Assembly: GCA_964016885.1 (NCBI GenBank)
Contig: OZ024762.1
Location: forward strand, 1,674,001 to 1,738,000
From: Eledone cirrhosa
Taxonomy: Eukaryota
DNA: 64,000 nt
Direction of reading: 5' to 3'
The position numbers were made by a program, and so were the translations under genes. Positions 41,882 through 56,410 of this stretch are shown here, piece after piece (position 1 is the first letter of the stretch; each line of letters opens with the position of its first letter). Under the pieces are notes generated by a model, which searched no databases, was not told the origin of the DNA, and saw only the letters and a program-made list of their open reading frames with translations.

Positions 41882-43150
41882 ATGGAAAATGAAATATGTG
41901 AGAAGAAAGTTGTATTCAAAACATCGTCGACAAATATTGACTTCCTTGAAAATATGAAGGAAAAGAAAGGTAAAACATATCACTGTAATATCTGTGGTAA
42001 AACTTTCTCTCAAAAGGGTAACCTAAATGCACACAGACGAAATCATTCAGGAGAAAAACCGTATCACTGTAACTTCTGTGGTAAATCTTTTTCCTATCAA
42101 AGTAAATTCTTCACTCACAAACGTATTCATACAGGAGAGAGACCATACCACTGTGATGCCTGTGGTAAATCATTCTCTCGAAACGGGGAATTAACTGTTC
42201 ATAAACGTATTCATACAGGAGAGAGACCATATCACTGTGATGTCTGTGGTAAATCATTCTTGAAAAATGGTGATTTAGCTAGACACAAACGTATTCATAC
42301 AGGAGAGAGACCATATCAATGTGATATCTGTGGCAAGTCATTCTCTGAACCAGATCACCTAACTAGGCACATACGCATTCATACAGGAGAGAAGCCATTT
42401 TGCTGTGATGTCTGTGGTAAATCATTTTCTGGTTGTAGTGACTTAAATATTCACAAACGTATTCATACAGGAGAGAGACCATATCACTGTGATGTCTGTG
42501 GTAAATCATTCTCACGAAATGGTGACTTAGCTAGACACAAACGTATTCATACTGGAGAGAAACCATATCAATGTGATATCTGTAGAAAGTCATTCTGTGA
42601 ACCTGATCACCTAACTAGACACATACGTATTCATACAGGAGAAAAACCATACCACTGTGATATCTGTGGTAAATCATTCCCTCGAAAGGGTGAATTAACT
42701 TCTCATAACCGTATTCATACAGGAGAGATGCCATATCACTGTAATATCTGTGGTAAATCATTCTCACAAACTGGTGAGTTAACTAAACACAAACATATTC
42801 ATGCAGGAGGGAAGTCTTTTCACTGTGATACCTGTGGTAAATTATTCTCTCATGGAAACACCTTAAGTAGACACAAACGTATTCATACAGGAGAGAAGCC
42901 ATACTGCTGTGATATCTGTGATAAATCATTCTCTCGAAATGATCACTTAATTGAACACAGACGAATTCATACAGGAGAGAAACCATATCACTGTGATATC
43001 TGTGGCAAATCATTTGCTCATGGATATTCCTTAACTAATCACAAACATATTCATACAGCAGAGAAACCATATCAATGTGTTATCTGTGGTAAATCATTTT
43101 CTCAAAAAACTAACTTAACTATACATGTATGTATTCATAAAGAAAACTAA
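41882..43150 (+). CDS. C2H2 zinc-finger protein, 14 tandem fingers (422 aa)
   Basis: 14 x CxxC-x12-HxxxH with HTGE(K/R)PY linkers; short N-terminal leader with no recognisable effector domain. Confidence 0.92.
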   Translation: MENEICEKKVVFKTSSTNIDFLENMKEKKGKTYHCNICGKTFSQKGNLNAHRRNHSGEKPYHCNFCGKSFSYQSKFFTHKRIHTGERPYHCDACGKSFSRNGELTVHKRIHTGERPYHCDVCGKSFLKNGDLARHKRIHTGERPYQCDICGKSFSEPDHLTRHIRIHTGEKPFCCDVCGKSFSGCSDLNIHKRIHTGERPYHCDVCGKSFSRNGDLARHKRIHTGEKPYQCDICRKSFCEPDHLTRHIRIHTGEKPYHCDICGKSFPRKGELTSHNRIHTGEMPYHCNICGKSFSQTGELTKHKHIHAGGKSFHCDTCGKLFSHGNTLSRHKRIHTGEKPYCCDICDKSFSRNDHLIEHRRIHTGEKPYHCDICGKSFAHGYSLTNHKHIHTAEKPYQCVICGKSFSQKTNLTIHVCIHKEN

Positions 43151-43169
43151 TTCAATTCTTATTCTTTGC

Positions 43170-43400
43170 CCACATATTCCTGAGAGGGTCGTGGCGTCAG
43201 AGTCCTCAAACACTCCTTTCAGCAACTGCCTCCAACTGATTCGGCTGGATCCCCCAAGTGAGACCAGCCAAGCTCATGGATGTTATCTAACCATTTTGCT
43301 TGGGGTCTACCCCTGGGTCTCCTCTGTCATTTAACCACATGCCTGTAATATCGGAGCTGTGATCTCTCAAATCTGTCCAGTGATTCTTTCCCGAGACATT
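43170..43400 (-). mobile_element. Degenerate RTE-like 3' fragment (duplicated at about 49800-50045)
   Basis: Minus-strand peptide RRPRGRPQAKWLDN. Confidence 0.55.
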
Positions 43401-45097
43401 CAGTAAATATCAAAATTCATGTTGTGGTAAATATAGTGCAAGATGTGTACTACTAACTTCTTATTCCTCAAATGTCTGTATATACTTGAATATAAGCCAA
43501 GGAATATGTGACAAAAAAGAAACTCGATGGTAAAATGGGGTGGAGGAGGTGTCGGCTTATATTCGGGGTCAATATTTTGACAATTTTAACCATTTTCAAG
43601 TTATACGTAAAGAAGGTGCTGAAATATCTGGAGTGATTGTTTCACAAGGAAACTGTGTTTCTATATTTACTACAACATCATAAGTTTTATTTGTATATTG
43701 TCTTGAGAACATTCCCAACAAAATTTTATAATTTAAACTTTTTAATACATAAATATCCTCTACGCATACATACTCTTGCACCAACAGTCTTTCTACTCTA
43801 TATATACTATTGTATTTTCACAGTAAAGACTTTACCTCACATAACATTTGCATTACTCTATATATACTATTGTATTTTCACAGTAAAGACTTTACCTCAC
43901 ATAATATCTCACATAACATTTACATTACTCTATATATACTATTGTATTTTCACAGTAAAGGCTTTACCTCACATATCTCGTATAACATTTACATTACTCT
44001 ATATATACTATTGTATTTTCACTGTAAAGGCTTTACCTCAAATAATATCTCACATAACATTTACATTCCTCTATATATACTATTGTATTTTCACAGTAAA
44101 GACTTTACCTCACATAATATCTCACATAACATTTACATTACTCTATATATACTATTGTATTTTCACAGTAAAGGCTTTACCTCACATAATATCTCACACA
44201 ACATTTACATTACTCTATATATACTATTGTATTTTCACTGTAAAGGCTTTACCTCAAATAATATCTCGCATAACATTTACATTACTCTATATATACTATT
44301 GTATTTTCCCAGTAAAGGCTTTACCTCACATAATACCTCACATAACATTTACATTGCTCTATATATACTATTGTATTTTCCCAGTAAAGGCTTTACCTCA
44401 CATAACATTTACATTACTCTATATATACTATTGTATTTTCCCAGTAAAGGCTTTACCTCACATAATATCAAATCTACAAGATTTTGATATTATTTATTTT
44501 GAGAACAATACCTTAACATCAGTATGAGCAGCCGCTTTGAACAAAAAGAGGTGAGAGAATTCTGGCCAGATACAGCCGGTTTAAATGCTAAAGGGTTAAA
44601 CTAGAAATACATCTCCATTTCTTTTTATTAATTTAGAATTTTTCCATGATTTTTTTTATTTCCTAATTATAAAGAAATAAACTTTTCTGAAAATGTGGAA
44701 AGGGTTGTCTTATTTTTACTTGTTGGGGTGGTTTTGTCTGTATCTCATCATGATTATCTTACACGGGTAACAAGTTTTTGAGTTTGAAACTCGGAACTAT
44801 TCATTTATTTCCTCATCACACCCCACCAAAATATATAAAAGCTCTGATGGGTCTTCTTTTTCTTCTTTGAGCACTTACTCCTGAGAGGGTCGTAGGGACA
44901 GAGTCCTCAAATACTCCATAGGTAAGGGTTAGCAGAAATACTAACTTGAAGATAGCGAGTTAGGCTTTTACACCTAAACATACATTCACCATCACCACCA
45001 CCACCACCAATACTATCACCATCATCACCACCACCATCAATGCTATCACCATCCTCACCATCTATTATTGGAGACAGGAGAGTTCCTGACAGATCTC

Positions 45098-45262
45098 ATT
45101 TCCGTTTCCGGTCGTGCGTGTAGCTACTTCCGGTTTATGGTGAATTAATAAATCCTATTTTGTGATATCTGAAGAATATTTGCTGCAATAGAAGACATTT
45201 CACAGTAACCCCTGATATACATACATGTATATATATATATACATACATGTAGTATATAACAG
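45098..45262 (+). promoter_or_regulatory. Putative promoter and non-coding first exon of the downstream ZNF gene (copy at 51179-51343)
   Basis: Local CpG cluster with ETS-like TTCCGG/ACTTCCGG sites, then a strong donor ACAG|GTAAGA at 45263. Confidence 0.45.
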
Positions 45263-46153
45263 GTAAGACATATATATTCTAGCGACTTCTCCATGTTAGA
45301 TCAATGTAAAAATAAAACTATTCGCCATGGATAAACAAAGAAAGTTTATTCACAATTGTATGAATAATATTACAAATCGTTTGTAATTTTTACAGAATGA
45401 AAATATAAACACAGATAATAAATAGAATTAATTATTGCTAGGAACCTTATAAATATAATATATAAAAATATAAATAACAAAAATTAGAATTTCATGTCTC
45501 GCTCTAGCTTAGCAGACTACAGAAGTGTACAGGGTGGTCCGAAAGTCTTGTCACCGCCTACCAAAAAGTAATGAGAAACAGTTTATGTTGCCATCACAGT
45601 ATCGTCCTCTTTGGAGGAGGAGGAGCTGGTTTGCCGAATCTTGCAGTGAATGTCACACATCCTCCATGTTATTCTAGAATACACACTGTCAGGTGTCCAT
45701 ACACTTGCAAGCAGCCTCTCTTCCAAACTGTAGCAGCTCTCACATAGAAAATTACATTATTATTATTATATAAAATAAAGTACCAGTAATGCACTGGGTA
45801 ATTGCTGGCCTTGTGCCTAACGTAGAAACAATTATTATTATATATTATATTATTAAAACAAAAAATAATGTATGTATGCATACGTATATATATATATATA
45901 TATCATCATACGTCCACTTTTCCCTGCAAGGGTGGGATGGGTCCTATTCAGCACAGCATCTCTCCACTCGTCACGGTCCTTCGTCATCTCCACCGTGAGC
46001 TTCAGCGATCTGAGGTCTGCTCTCACCACCTCCGCCCATGTTTTTCGTGGTCTACCTCTACCACGTCTTCTTTCAACTGGCATTTCTTCACCCATCGGCC
46101 ACCCTCCATGCGCATCACATGTCCATACCACCTCAGTCTCCTCTCTCGCACAC

Positions 46154-46416
46154 TAAATATATATATACTCTGCTATGTATTGAGTACCTTACTTTATGTG
46201 GTTACCCTCGATTGAACCCGAGATAAACTTATAATGTTTATCCCAGGTTCAATCGGGTGTAACCACATAAAGTAAGGTACTCAATACATAGCAGAGTATA
46301 TATATTTAATATAGAAAAGGCTTCTACAAGACTAGAACTGTTTCATTCAGGAGAAATCATCGGGATGTTTCCTGATGATTTCTCCCGAATGAAACAGTTC
46401 TAGTCGTGTAGAAGCC
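46154..46416. repeat. Two adjacent hairpins (46154-46308 and 46319-46416), the second with a CTGATGA...GAAA core; duplicated at 52235-52497
   Basis: Inverted arms read directly from the sequence. Confidence 0.85.
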
Positions 46417-47125
46417 AGTTCTCTGCCGTCGGGGTCATACTTTTTCCTATATATAATATATATATATATGTAAAAGGTAAACAGAAATAACACAATTGGT
46501 ACAGTATATGGAAGGAATATATCAGGTTAACGCTGGAAATAGCAACTCAAATTCGTTGTATTTTCACCCTGAAACTGGATATACACCCAGAGTTTACCTG
46601 AACATCCACCAGGAAATCTTTTCGTAACATATATGTGTGTGTGAGTGTATATGCAATATGAAGATGTAATACTACATGTTTATATCTACAGGCTGTCAGT
46701 GTAAAACTGTAAACTTTCCATTGTTCAATCTCTATATTTTAAGTATCGTCTTTATCTGACATTCTTGTTTCTTGACATAAAAGAGTTCTTTTTTTTTCAC
46801 TTCAGATAACTTCATCAATATTTACCATCTTTTAAAGATTCCAGGAAGAGATCATTATCACCATTTAACGTCTATTTTTCCATGCTTCAATGAGTTAGAC
46901 GGGTCACCCATGTCATAAGACAAGTCTGGCCAGTTAGCCACGCTGTACCTTACTCAGATGGAACTGTACTTTGGCTGGGATTTTTACAGCAGGATGCTCT
47001 TCCTAACATCAACCTCATTTATAGTGTTTTATATTGAACAAATATAACAATATGGTGGAATTACTGTCAAATATTCTGAACTGGGGTTAATAACAACATA
47101 TCACTTCTCGCTGTCTGGAATGTGT

Positions 47126-47430
47126 ACAGGTGTGAAAATATCACTGATATCTGAGGGTACTATCGTCATACTGGTGTGAAAATATCACTGATATCTGAGG
47201 GTACTATCGTCATACTGGTGTGAAAATATCACTGATATCTGAGGGTACTATCGTCATACTGGTGTGAAAATATCACTGATATCTGAGGGTACTATCGTCA
47301 TACTGGTGTGAAAATATCACTGTGATATCTGGGGTAAATATCGTCACACAGATGTGAAACTACCACTGTGATATCTGAGGTAAATATCGTCATACAGGTG
47401 TGAAACTACCACTGTGATATCTGAGTTAAA
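47126..47430 (+). repeat. 44/46-bp minisatellite derived from zinc-finger linker DNA (7 units; 6 units at 53206-53467)
   Basis: Unit CATACAGGTGTGAAACTACCACTGTGATATCTGAGGTAAA resembles the coding CATACAGGAGAGAAACCATATCACTGTGATATCTGTGGTAAA. Confidence 0.8.
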
Positions 47431-47457
47431 GTGTACTCTGGGAGTTGTGGTTTAACT

Positions 47458-48438
47458 ATGGACAAACAGAGTCATACACAAGAGAGACCATATGAATGTG
47501 ATATCTGTGGTAAATCCTTTTCTGGAAGACCGGACTTCATTGTCCACATACGTATTCATACAGAAGACAAACCATATGACTGTGATATCTGTGGCAAATC
47601 TTTCACTGCAAGTAGTGCTGTAACTAGCCACAAACGTATTCATACAGAAGAGAAACCACATCAGTGTGATATCTGTAGTAAATCTTTCACTGTAAATAGT
47701 GAATTAACTAAACACAAACAAATCCATACAGGAGAAAAACCATATCCCTGTGATATCTGTGGTAAATTCTTTGGGAGTAGTAACTTAACTACTCACAAAC
47801 GTATTCATACAGGAGAGAAACCATTTCACTGTGATGTATGTGGTAAATCATTTTCTTGCAGCAGTACCTTAACTGGACACATACGTACTCATACAGGAGA
47901 GAAGCCATACCGCTGTGATATCTGTGGTAAATCATTCTCTCAAAATGGTGACTTAACTAGACACATACCCATTCATACAGGAGAGAAACTATTTCACTGT
48001 GGTGTCTGTGGTAAATCCTTTGCCTGGAGTAGTGTCTTAACTAAACACAGACGTATTCATACAGGAGAAAAACCATATCAATGTGATATCTGCAGTAAAT
48101 CATTCTCTCAAAGTGGTGACTTAACTAAACACAAACGTATTCATACAGGAGAGAAGCCATTTAAATGTGATGACTGTGGTAAATCATTTTATGGTGGAAA
48201 TGACTTAGCTAAACACAAACGTACTCATACAGGAGAGGAACCATTTCACTGTGATGTCTGTGGTAAATCTTTTTCCTGGAGTTGTGACTTAACTTCTCAC
48301 AAACGTAGTCATACAGGGGAGAAGCCATTTCACTGTGATGTCTGTGGTAAATCATTCTCTCATAGCGGTAGCTTAACTAGACACAAACATAGGAGCCACG
48401 GGCCTCCTGAAAAACAACCTGACCAAGATCCCGTGTAA
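47458..48438 (+). CDS. C2H2 zinc-finger protein, 11 fingers (duplicate copy A)
   Basis: First ATG is at 47458 (the track start 47431 is GTG); 11 fingers; ends GPPEKQPDQDPV*. True start uncertain. Confidence 0.85.
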   Translation: MDKQSHTQERPYECDICGKSFSGRPDFIVHIRIHTEDKPYDCDICGKSFTASSAVTSHKRIHTEEKPHQCDICSKSFTVNSELTKHKQIHTGEKPYPCDICGKFFGSSNLTTHKRIHTGEKPFHCDVCGKSFSCSSTLTGHIRTHTGEKPYRCDICGKSFSQNGDLTRHIPIHTGEKLFHCGVCGKSFAWSSVLTKHRRIHTGEKPYQCDICSKSFSQSGDLTKHKRIHTGEKPFKCDDCGKSFYGGNDLAKHKRTHTGEEPFHCDVCGKSFSWSCDLTSHKRSHTGEKPFHCDVCGKSFSHSGSLTRHKHRSHGPPEKQPDQDPV

Positions 48439-49470
48439 GCCTGTGAGGTACAAACTGCAGCACTGAAGGGTACAGTGCAACCTCTAGTAAATATATATAT
48501 TGTTTTACTTTGCATAGTTTTGGCAAGGTTTTACTGGCTGGATAACCCTCCTATTACCAACAACTTCGCAGTGTGGACTACATTTATATATACACACACA
48601 TATATAACTTGCAACAGTTAAGTAAGAACACATTGTTCATATCGTTTTTGCATTTGAAAAAATGGGAATAACCCTGAAATATACCAGCTAAGAAAAATAT
48701 TCCTTTGCTTTGTCATACTTTACCCTTTATATATTTCTACTGTACCCTACCAGCTTTCTGAAACTTATCAGTCATTTATAACTCATTTGACAAGAGGGTT
48801 TAACCCTGAAATATACTGGGTAAGAAAACCATTACTTTGTTTTGTTTTATTTGTCATCCTTTGCCCTTTATATATATTTCTATCACATTGTACCGGCTAT
48901 CTAACACACATCAGTCATTTATTATATATATTTGTAAAACTAAATATTCTCAGATCTTATATACCACCCCAAATACAGGAATAAGGGACGACTCCATGTA
49001 TTTTGCATGGATACACTGCAACAGCAGACAACCTAATAAATGTCCTATAACCCTTAGCATTTACATTACTCCATATTTACTATTATATTTTCACAGTGAA
49101 GGCTTTACCTCACATAATTTTGAATCTACAAGATTTTAATATTATTTATTTTAAGAACAATACTTTAACATAAGTATGAGCAGCTGATTTGAACAGAAAG
49201 AGGTGAGGGGAATCTGGTTGTATATGGCCAGTTTATTCCTTTTAATTATTTCGATGGTAATCTCAGTATCTTTCTTAATGTTGTTCTTATACTGAATCTC
49301 CATTGTAACTACACACTACGAATGTAGAGCTTTCTCCTGTTGTTTACCAAACACAATATATATGTAGATATATATACTTATTGGACTTCGCTGTTGTTTC
49401 TTAGAATAAATGAAAAAGCAAAAGTTCAGTTTATTTAATTTATTCTTTTATTTCACATTTTTGTCTGTAG

Positions 49471-49779
<309 letters not shown>

Positions 49780-52700
49780 TTCAATTCTTATTCTTTGCCC
49801 ACATATTCCTGAGAGGGTCGTGGGGTCAGAGTCCTCAAACACTCCTTCCAGCGGGTCCTGTCAGAAGCAACTGCCTCCAACTGATTCGGCTGGATCCCCC
49901 AAGTGAGACCAGCCAAGCTCATGGATGTTATCTAACCATTTTGCTTGGGGTCTACCCCTGGGTCTCCTCTGTCATTTAACCACATGCCTGTAATATCGGA
50001 GCTGTGATCTCTCAAATCTGTCCAGTGATTCTTTCCCGAGACATTCAGTAAATATCAAAGTTCATGTTGTGGTAAATATAGTGCAAGATGTGTACTACTA
50101 ACTTCTTATTCCTCAAATGTCTGTATATACTTGAATATAAGCCAAGGAATATGTGACAAAAAAGAAACTCGATGGTAAAATGGGGTGGAGGAGGTGTCGG
50201 CTTATATTCGGGGTCAATATTTTGACAATTTTAACCATTTTCAAGTTATACGTAAAGAAGGTGCTGAAATATCTGGAGTGATTGTTTCACAAGGAAACTG
50301 TGTTTCTATATTTACTACAACATCATAAGTTTTATTTGTATATTGTCTTGAGAACATTCCCAACAAAATTTTATAATTTAAACTTTTTAATACATAAATA
50401 TCCTCTACGCATACATACTCTTGCACCAACAGTCTTTCTACTCTATATATACTATTGTATTTTCACAGTAAAGACTTTACCTCACATAACATTTACATTA
50501 CTCTATATATACTATTGTATTTTCCCAGTAAAGGCTTTACCTCACATATCAAATCTACAAGATTTTGATATTATTTATTTTGAGAACAATACCTTAACAT
50601 CAGTATGAGCAGCCGGTTTGAACAAAAAGAGGTGAGAGAATTCTGGCCAGATACAGCCGGTTTAAATGCTAAAGGGTTAAACTAGAAATACATCTCCATT
50701 TCTTTTTATTAATTTAGAATTTTTCCATGATTTTTTTTATTTCCTAATTATAAAGAAATAAACTTTTCTGAAAATGTGGAAAGGGTTGTCTTATTTTTAC
50801 TTGTTGGGGTGGTTTTGTCTGTATCTCATCATGATTATCTTACACGGGTAACAAGTTTTTGAGTTTGAAACTCGGAACTATTCATTTATTTCCTCATCAC
50901 ACCCCACCAAAATATATAAAAGCTCTGATGGGTCTTCTTTTTCTTCTTTGAGCACTTACTCCTGAGAGGGTCGTAGGGACAGAGTCCTCAAATACTCCAT
51001 AGGTAAGGGTTAGCAGAAATACTAACTTGAAGATAGCGAGTTAGGCTTTTACACCTAAACATACATTCACCATCACCACCACCACCACCAATACTATCAC
51101 CATCATCACCACCACCATCAATGCTATCACCATCCTCACCATCTATTATTGGAGACAGGAGAGTTCCTGACAGATCTCATTTCCGTTTCCGGTCGTGCGT
51201 GTAGCTACTTCCGGTTTATGGTGAATTAATAAATCCTATTTTGTGATATCTGAAGAATATTTGCTGCAATAGAAGACATTTCACAGTAACCCCTGATATA
51301 CATACATGTATATATATATATACATACATGTAGTATATAACAGGTAAGACATATATATTCTAGCGACTTCTCCATGTTAGATCAATGTAAAAATAAAACT
51401 ATTCGCCATGGATAAACAAAGAAAGTTTATTCACAATTGTATGAATAATATTACAAATCGTTTGTAATTTTTACAGAATGAAAATATAAACACAGATAAT
51501 AAATAGAATTAATTATTGCTAGGAACCTTATAAATATAATATATAAAAATATAAATAACAAAAATTAGAATTTCATGTCTCGCTCTAGCTTAGCAGACTA
51601 CAGAAGTGTACAGGGTGGTCCGAAAGTCTTGTCACCGCCTACCAAAAAGTAATGAGAAACAGTTTATGTTGCCATCACAGTATCGTCCTCTTTGGAGGAG
51701 GAGGAGCTGGTTTGCCGAATCTTGCAGTGAATGTCACACATCCTCCATGTTATTCTAGAATACACACTGTCAGGTGTCCATACACTTGCAAGCAGCCTCT
51801 CTTCCAAACTGTAGCAGCTCTCACATAGAAAATTACATTATTATTATTATATAAAATAAAGTACCAGTAATGCACTGGGTAATTGCTGGCCTTGTGCCTA
51901 ACGTAGAAACAATTATTATTATATATTATATTATTAAAACAAAAAATAATGTATGTATGCATACGTATATATATATATATATATCATCATACGTCCACTT
52001 TTCCCTGCAAGGGTGGGATGGGTCCTATTCAGCACAGCATCTCTCCACTCGTCACGGTCCTTCGTCATCTCCACCGTGAGCTTCAGCGATCTGAGGTCTG
52101 CTCTCACCACCTCCGCCCATGTTTTTCGTGGTCTACCTCTACCACGTCTTCTTTCAACTGGCATTTCTTCACCCATCGGCCACCCTCCATGCGCATCACA
52201 TGTCCATACCACCTCAGTCTCCTCTCTCGCACACTAAATATATATATACTCTGCTATGTATTGAGTACCTTACTTTATGTGGTTACCCTCGATTGAACCC
52301 GAGATAAACTTATAATGTTTATCCCAGGTTCAATCGGGTGTAACCACATAAAGTAAGGTACTCAATACATAGCAGAGTATATATATTTAATATAGAAAAG
52401 GCTTCTACAAGACTAGAACTGTTTCATTCAGGAGAAATCATCGGGATGTTTCCTGATGATTTCTCCCGAATGAAACAGTTCTAGTCGTGTAGAAGCCAGT
52501 TCTCTGCCGTCGGGGTCATACTTTTTCCTATATATAATATATATATATATGTAAAAGGTAAACAGAAATAACACAATTGGTACAGTATATGGAAGGAATA
52601 TATCAGGTTAACGCTGGAAATAGCAACTCAAATTCGTTGTATTTTCACCCTGAAACTGGATATACACCCAGAGTTTACCTGAACATCCACCAGGAAATCT

Positions 52701-53494
52701 TTTCGTAACATATATGTGTGTGTGAGTGTATATGCAATATGAAGATGTAATACTACATGTTTATATCTACAGGCTGTCAGTGTAAAACTGTAAACTTTCC
52801 ATTGTTCAATCTCTATATTTTAAGTATCGTCTTTATCTGACATTCTTGTTTCTTGACATAAAAGAGTTCTTTTTTTTTCACTTCAGATAACTTCATCAAT
52901 ATTTACCATCTTTTAAAGATTCCAGGAAGAGATCATTATCACCATTTAACGTCTATTTTTCCATGCTTCAATGAGTTAGACGGGTCACCCATGTCATAAG
53001 ACAAGTCTGGCCAGTTAGCCACGCTGTACCTTACTCAGATGGAACTGTACTTTGGCTGGGATTTTTACAGCAGGATGCTCTTCCTAACATCAACCTCATT
53101 TATAGTGTTTTATATTGAACAAATATAACAATATGGTGGAATTACTGTCAAATATTCTGAACTGGGGTTAATAACAACATATCACTTCTCGCTGTCTGGA
53201 ATGTGTACAGGTGTGAAAATATCACTGATATCTGAGGGTACTATCGTCATACTGGTGTGAAAATATCACTGATATCTGAGGGTACTATCGTCATACTGGT
53301 GTGAAAATATCACTGATATCTGAGGGTACTATCGTCATACTGGTGTGAAAATATCACTGTGATATCTGGGGTAAATATCGTCACACAGATGTGAAACTAC
53401 CACTGTGATATCTGAGGTAAATATCGTCATACAGGTGTGAAACTACCACTGTGATATCTGAGTTAAAGTGTACTCTGGGAGTTGTGGTTTAACT

Positions 53495-54559
53495 ATGGAC
53501 AAACAGAGTCATACACAAAAGAGACCATATGAATGTGATATCTGTGGTAAATCCTTTTCTGGAAGACAGGACTTCATTGTCCACATACGTATTCATACAG
53601 AAGACAAACCATATGACTGTGATATCTGTGGTAAATCTTTCACTGCAAGTAGTGCTGTAACTAGCCACAAACGTATTCATACAGAAGAGAAACCACATCA
53701 GTGTGATATCTGTGGTAAATCTTTCACTGTAAATAGTAAATTAACTAAACACAAACGAATCCATACAGGAGAAAAACCATATCCCTGTGATATCTGTGGT
53801 AAATTCTTTGGGAGTAGTAACTTAACTACTCACAAACGTATTCATACAGGAGAGAAACCATTTCACTGTGATGTATGTGGTAAATCTTTCTCTCATAAAA
53901 AAAGCTTAGATGGACACACACTCATCCATACAGGAGAGAAACCATATCAATGTGATGTCTGTGGTAAATCATTTTCTTGGAGTAGTGCCTTAACTGGACA
54001 CATACGTACTCATACAGGAGAGAAGCCATACCGCTGTGATATCTGTGGTAAATCATTCTCTCAAAATGGTGACTTAACTAGACACATACCCATTCATACA
54101 GGAGAGAAACTATTTCACTGTGGTGTCTGTGGTAAATCCTTTGCCTGGAGTAGTGTCTTAACTAAACACAGACGTATTCATACAGGAGAAAAACCATATC
54201 AATGTGATATCTGCAGTAAATCATTCTCTCAAAGTGGTGACTTAACTAAACACAAACGTATTCATACAGGAGAGAAGCCATTTAAATGTGATGTCTGTGG
54301 TAAATCATTTTATGGTGGAAATGGCTTAACTAAACACAAACGTACTCATACAGGAGAGGAACCATTTCACTGTGATGTCTGTGGTAAATCTTTTTCCTGG
54401 AGTTGTGACTTAACTTCTCACAAACGTAGTCATACAGGGGAGAAGCCATTTCACTGTGATGTCTGTGGTAAATCATTCTCTCATAGCGGTAGTTTAACTA
54501 GACACAAACATAGGAGCCACGGGCCTCCTGAAAAACAACCTGACCAAGATCCCGTGTAA
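53495..54559 (+). CDS. C2H2 zinc-finger protein, 12 fingers (duplicate copy B)
   Basis: Paralog of 47458-48438 with one extra finger (SHKKSLDGHTLIH). Confidence 0.87.
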   Translation: MDKQSHTQKRPYECDICGKSFSGRQDFIVHIRIHTEDKPYDCDICGKSFTASSAVTSHKRIHTEEKPHQCDICGKSFTVNSKLTKHKRIHTGEKPYPCDICGKFFGSSNLTTHKRIHTGEKPFHCDVCGKSFSHKKSLDGHTLIHTGEKPYQCDVCGKSFSWSSALTGHIRTHTGEKPYRCDICGKSFSQNGDLTRHIPIHTGEKLFHCGVCGKSFAWSSVLTKHRRIHTGEKPYQCDICSKSFSQSGDLTKHKRIHTGEKPFKCDVCGKSFYGGNGLTKHKRTHTGEEPFHCDVCGKSFSWSCDLTSHKRSHTGEKPFHCDVCGKSFSHSGSLTRHKHRSHGPPEKQPDQDPV

Positions 54560-56410
54560 GCCTGTGAGGTACAAACTGCAGCACTGAAGGGTACAGTGCA
54601 ACCTCTAGTAAATATATATATTGTTTTACTTTGCATAGTTTTGGCAAGGTTTTACTGGCTGGATAACCCTCCTATTACCAACAACTTCGCAGTGTGGACT
54701 ACATTTATATATACACACACATATATAACTTGCAACAGTTAAGTAAGAACACATTGTTCATATCGTTTTTGCATTTGAAAAAATGGGAATAACCCTGAAA
54801 TATACCGGCTAAGAAAAATATTCCTTTGCTTTGTCATACTTTACCCTTTATATATTTCTACTGTACCCTACCAGCTTTCTGAAACTTATCAGTCATTTAT
54901 AACTCATTTGACAAGAGGGTTTAACCCTGAAATATACTGGGTAAGAAAACCATTACTTTGTTTTGTTTTATTTGTCATCCTTTGCCCTTTATATATATTT
55001 CTATCACATTGTACCGGCTATCTAACACACATCAGTCATTTATTATATATATTTGTAAAACTAAATATTCTCAGATCTTATATACCACCCCAAATACAGG
55101 AATAAGGGACGACTCCATGTATTTTGCATGGATACACTGCAACTGCAGACAACCTAATAAATGTCCTATAACCCTGAGCATTTACTATTATATTTTCACA
55201 GCTGATTTGAACAGAAAGAGGTGAGGGGAATCTGGTTGTATATGGCCAGTTTATTCCTTATAATTATTTCGATGGTAATCTCAGCATCTTTCTTAATGTT
55301 GTTCTTATACTGAATCTCCATCGTAACTACACACTATGAATGTAGGGCTTTCTCCTGTTGTTTACCAAAACAACTTTTACTGAACACAATATATATGTAG
55401 ATATATATATACTTATTGGAGTTCGCTGTTGTTTCTTAGAATAAATGAAAAGGCAAAAGTTCACTTTATTTAATTTATTCTTTTATTTCACATTTTCGTC
55501 TGTAGATAAGACAGTTTATTTACTCTCCTTTGAAGATCGCAGTAGTATTTTCCTGTGTAGAGAAGGTTTTGTTCTGGTTCTTAGTAAAGAAGAAAATCGG
55601 AAGTTTAGGTGTATATATGTAAGATGGCCGGCTGACAAATGGAAAGAAACAATGCTGTTATTAATAAGGAGTGTTGAAATTAATGCATGCAAGATTTCAC
55701 TGTTCTAGCATTACTCCTTCATAGTCAGCCTATGAGCTTTTCAGCTGGCCCTCACTTTTACAGAAGAAAGTTTATATAAATGTAGCTTTGTGTGTGTCTA
55801 GAGAAGATTTAGTTTTGTTTATTAGACAAAGAAAGTATGTATATATAAATGTAACATAGAATGCCTTCATTTCAGCTGTCTGAATTCAAATCCCACCAAG
55901 GCCAACTTTGCCTTTCATCCATGCGAGGTCAATTCTTCCTCTATGCTTCTCTGGAAGAAATCTCCTGGAGAGGCGATGGACTCTAGCAGGCTTTAAAAAG
56001 AGCCCTAGAAATACAGTAGGTCAATGCATTGTCTCTATGACTCCCTCAAGAGTTACAGGTCCACATATACATGTAACTCTCACAGCTTGGAAGTCTTTAA
56101 AAACGTTTTACTTGGAAGTCTTTAAAAACGTACACTCAGCTGAGGAGTTAATCCTGCTATAAACAAGTTTCCTATCCAGGGAGAGTCTTGTAATCTCAGT
56201 CACTTAACTCCAAGTAAACTTAGAACATACTTTAACTTTATATATACCAAATTTAGGTTTAATCAATACATATATCAATGATTGGAATCATGGTCTTAAG
56301 ATTACCAAAATCGATACTAATCACTATTTATATGTTGATTTCCATATACAGATCTGTCTAAGGCTATGTTAGCATATCTACCTACATATTAATTGTTCTG
56401 AATAGATACA

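Noticed and set aside
48650-48830. Two TTGA...GGG-loop-CCCT-GAAATATAC motifs resembling decayed hammerheads (also CTGAAGA at about 37920)
   Set aside because: The core box or stems are too degenerate to support a call.
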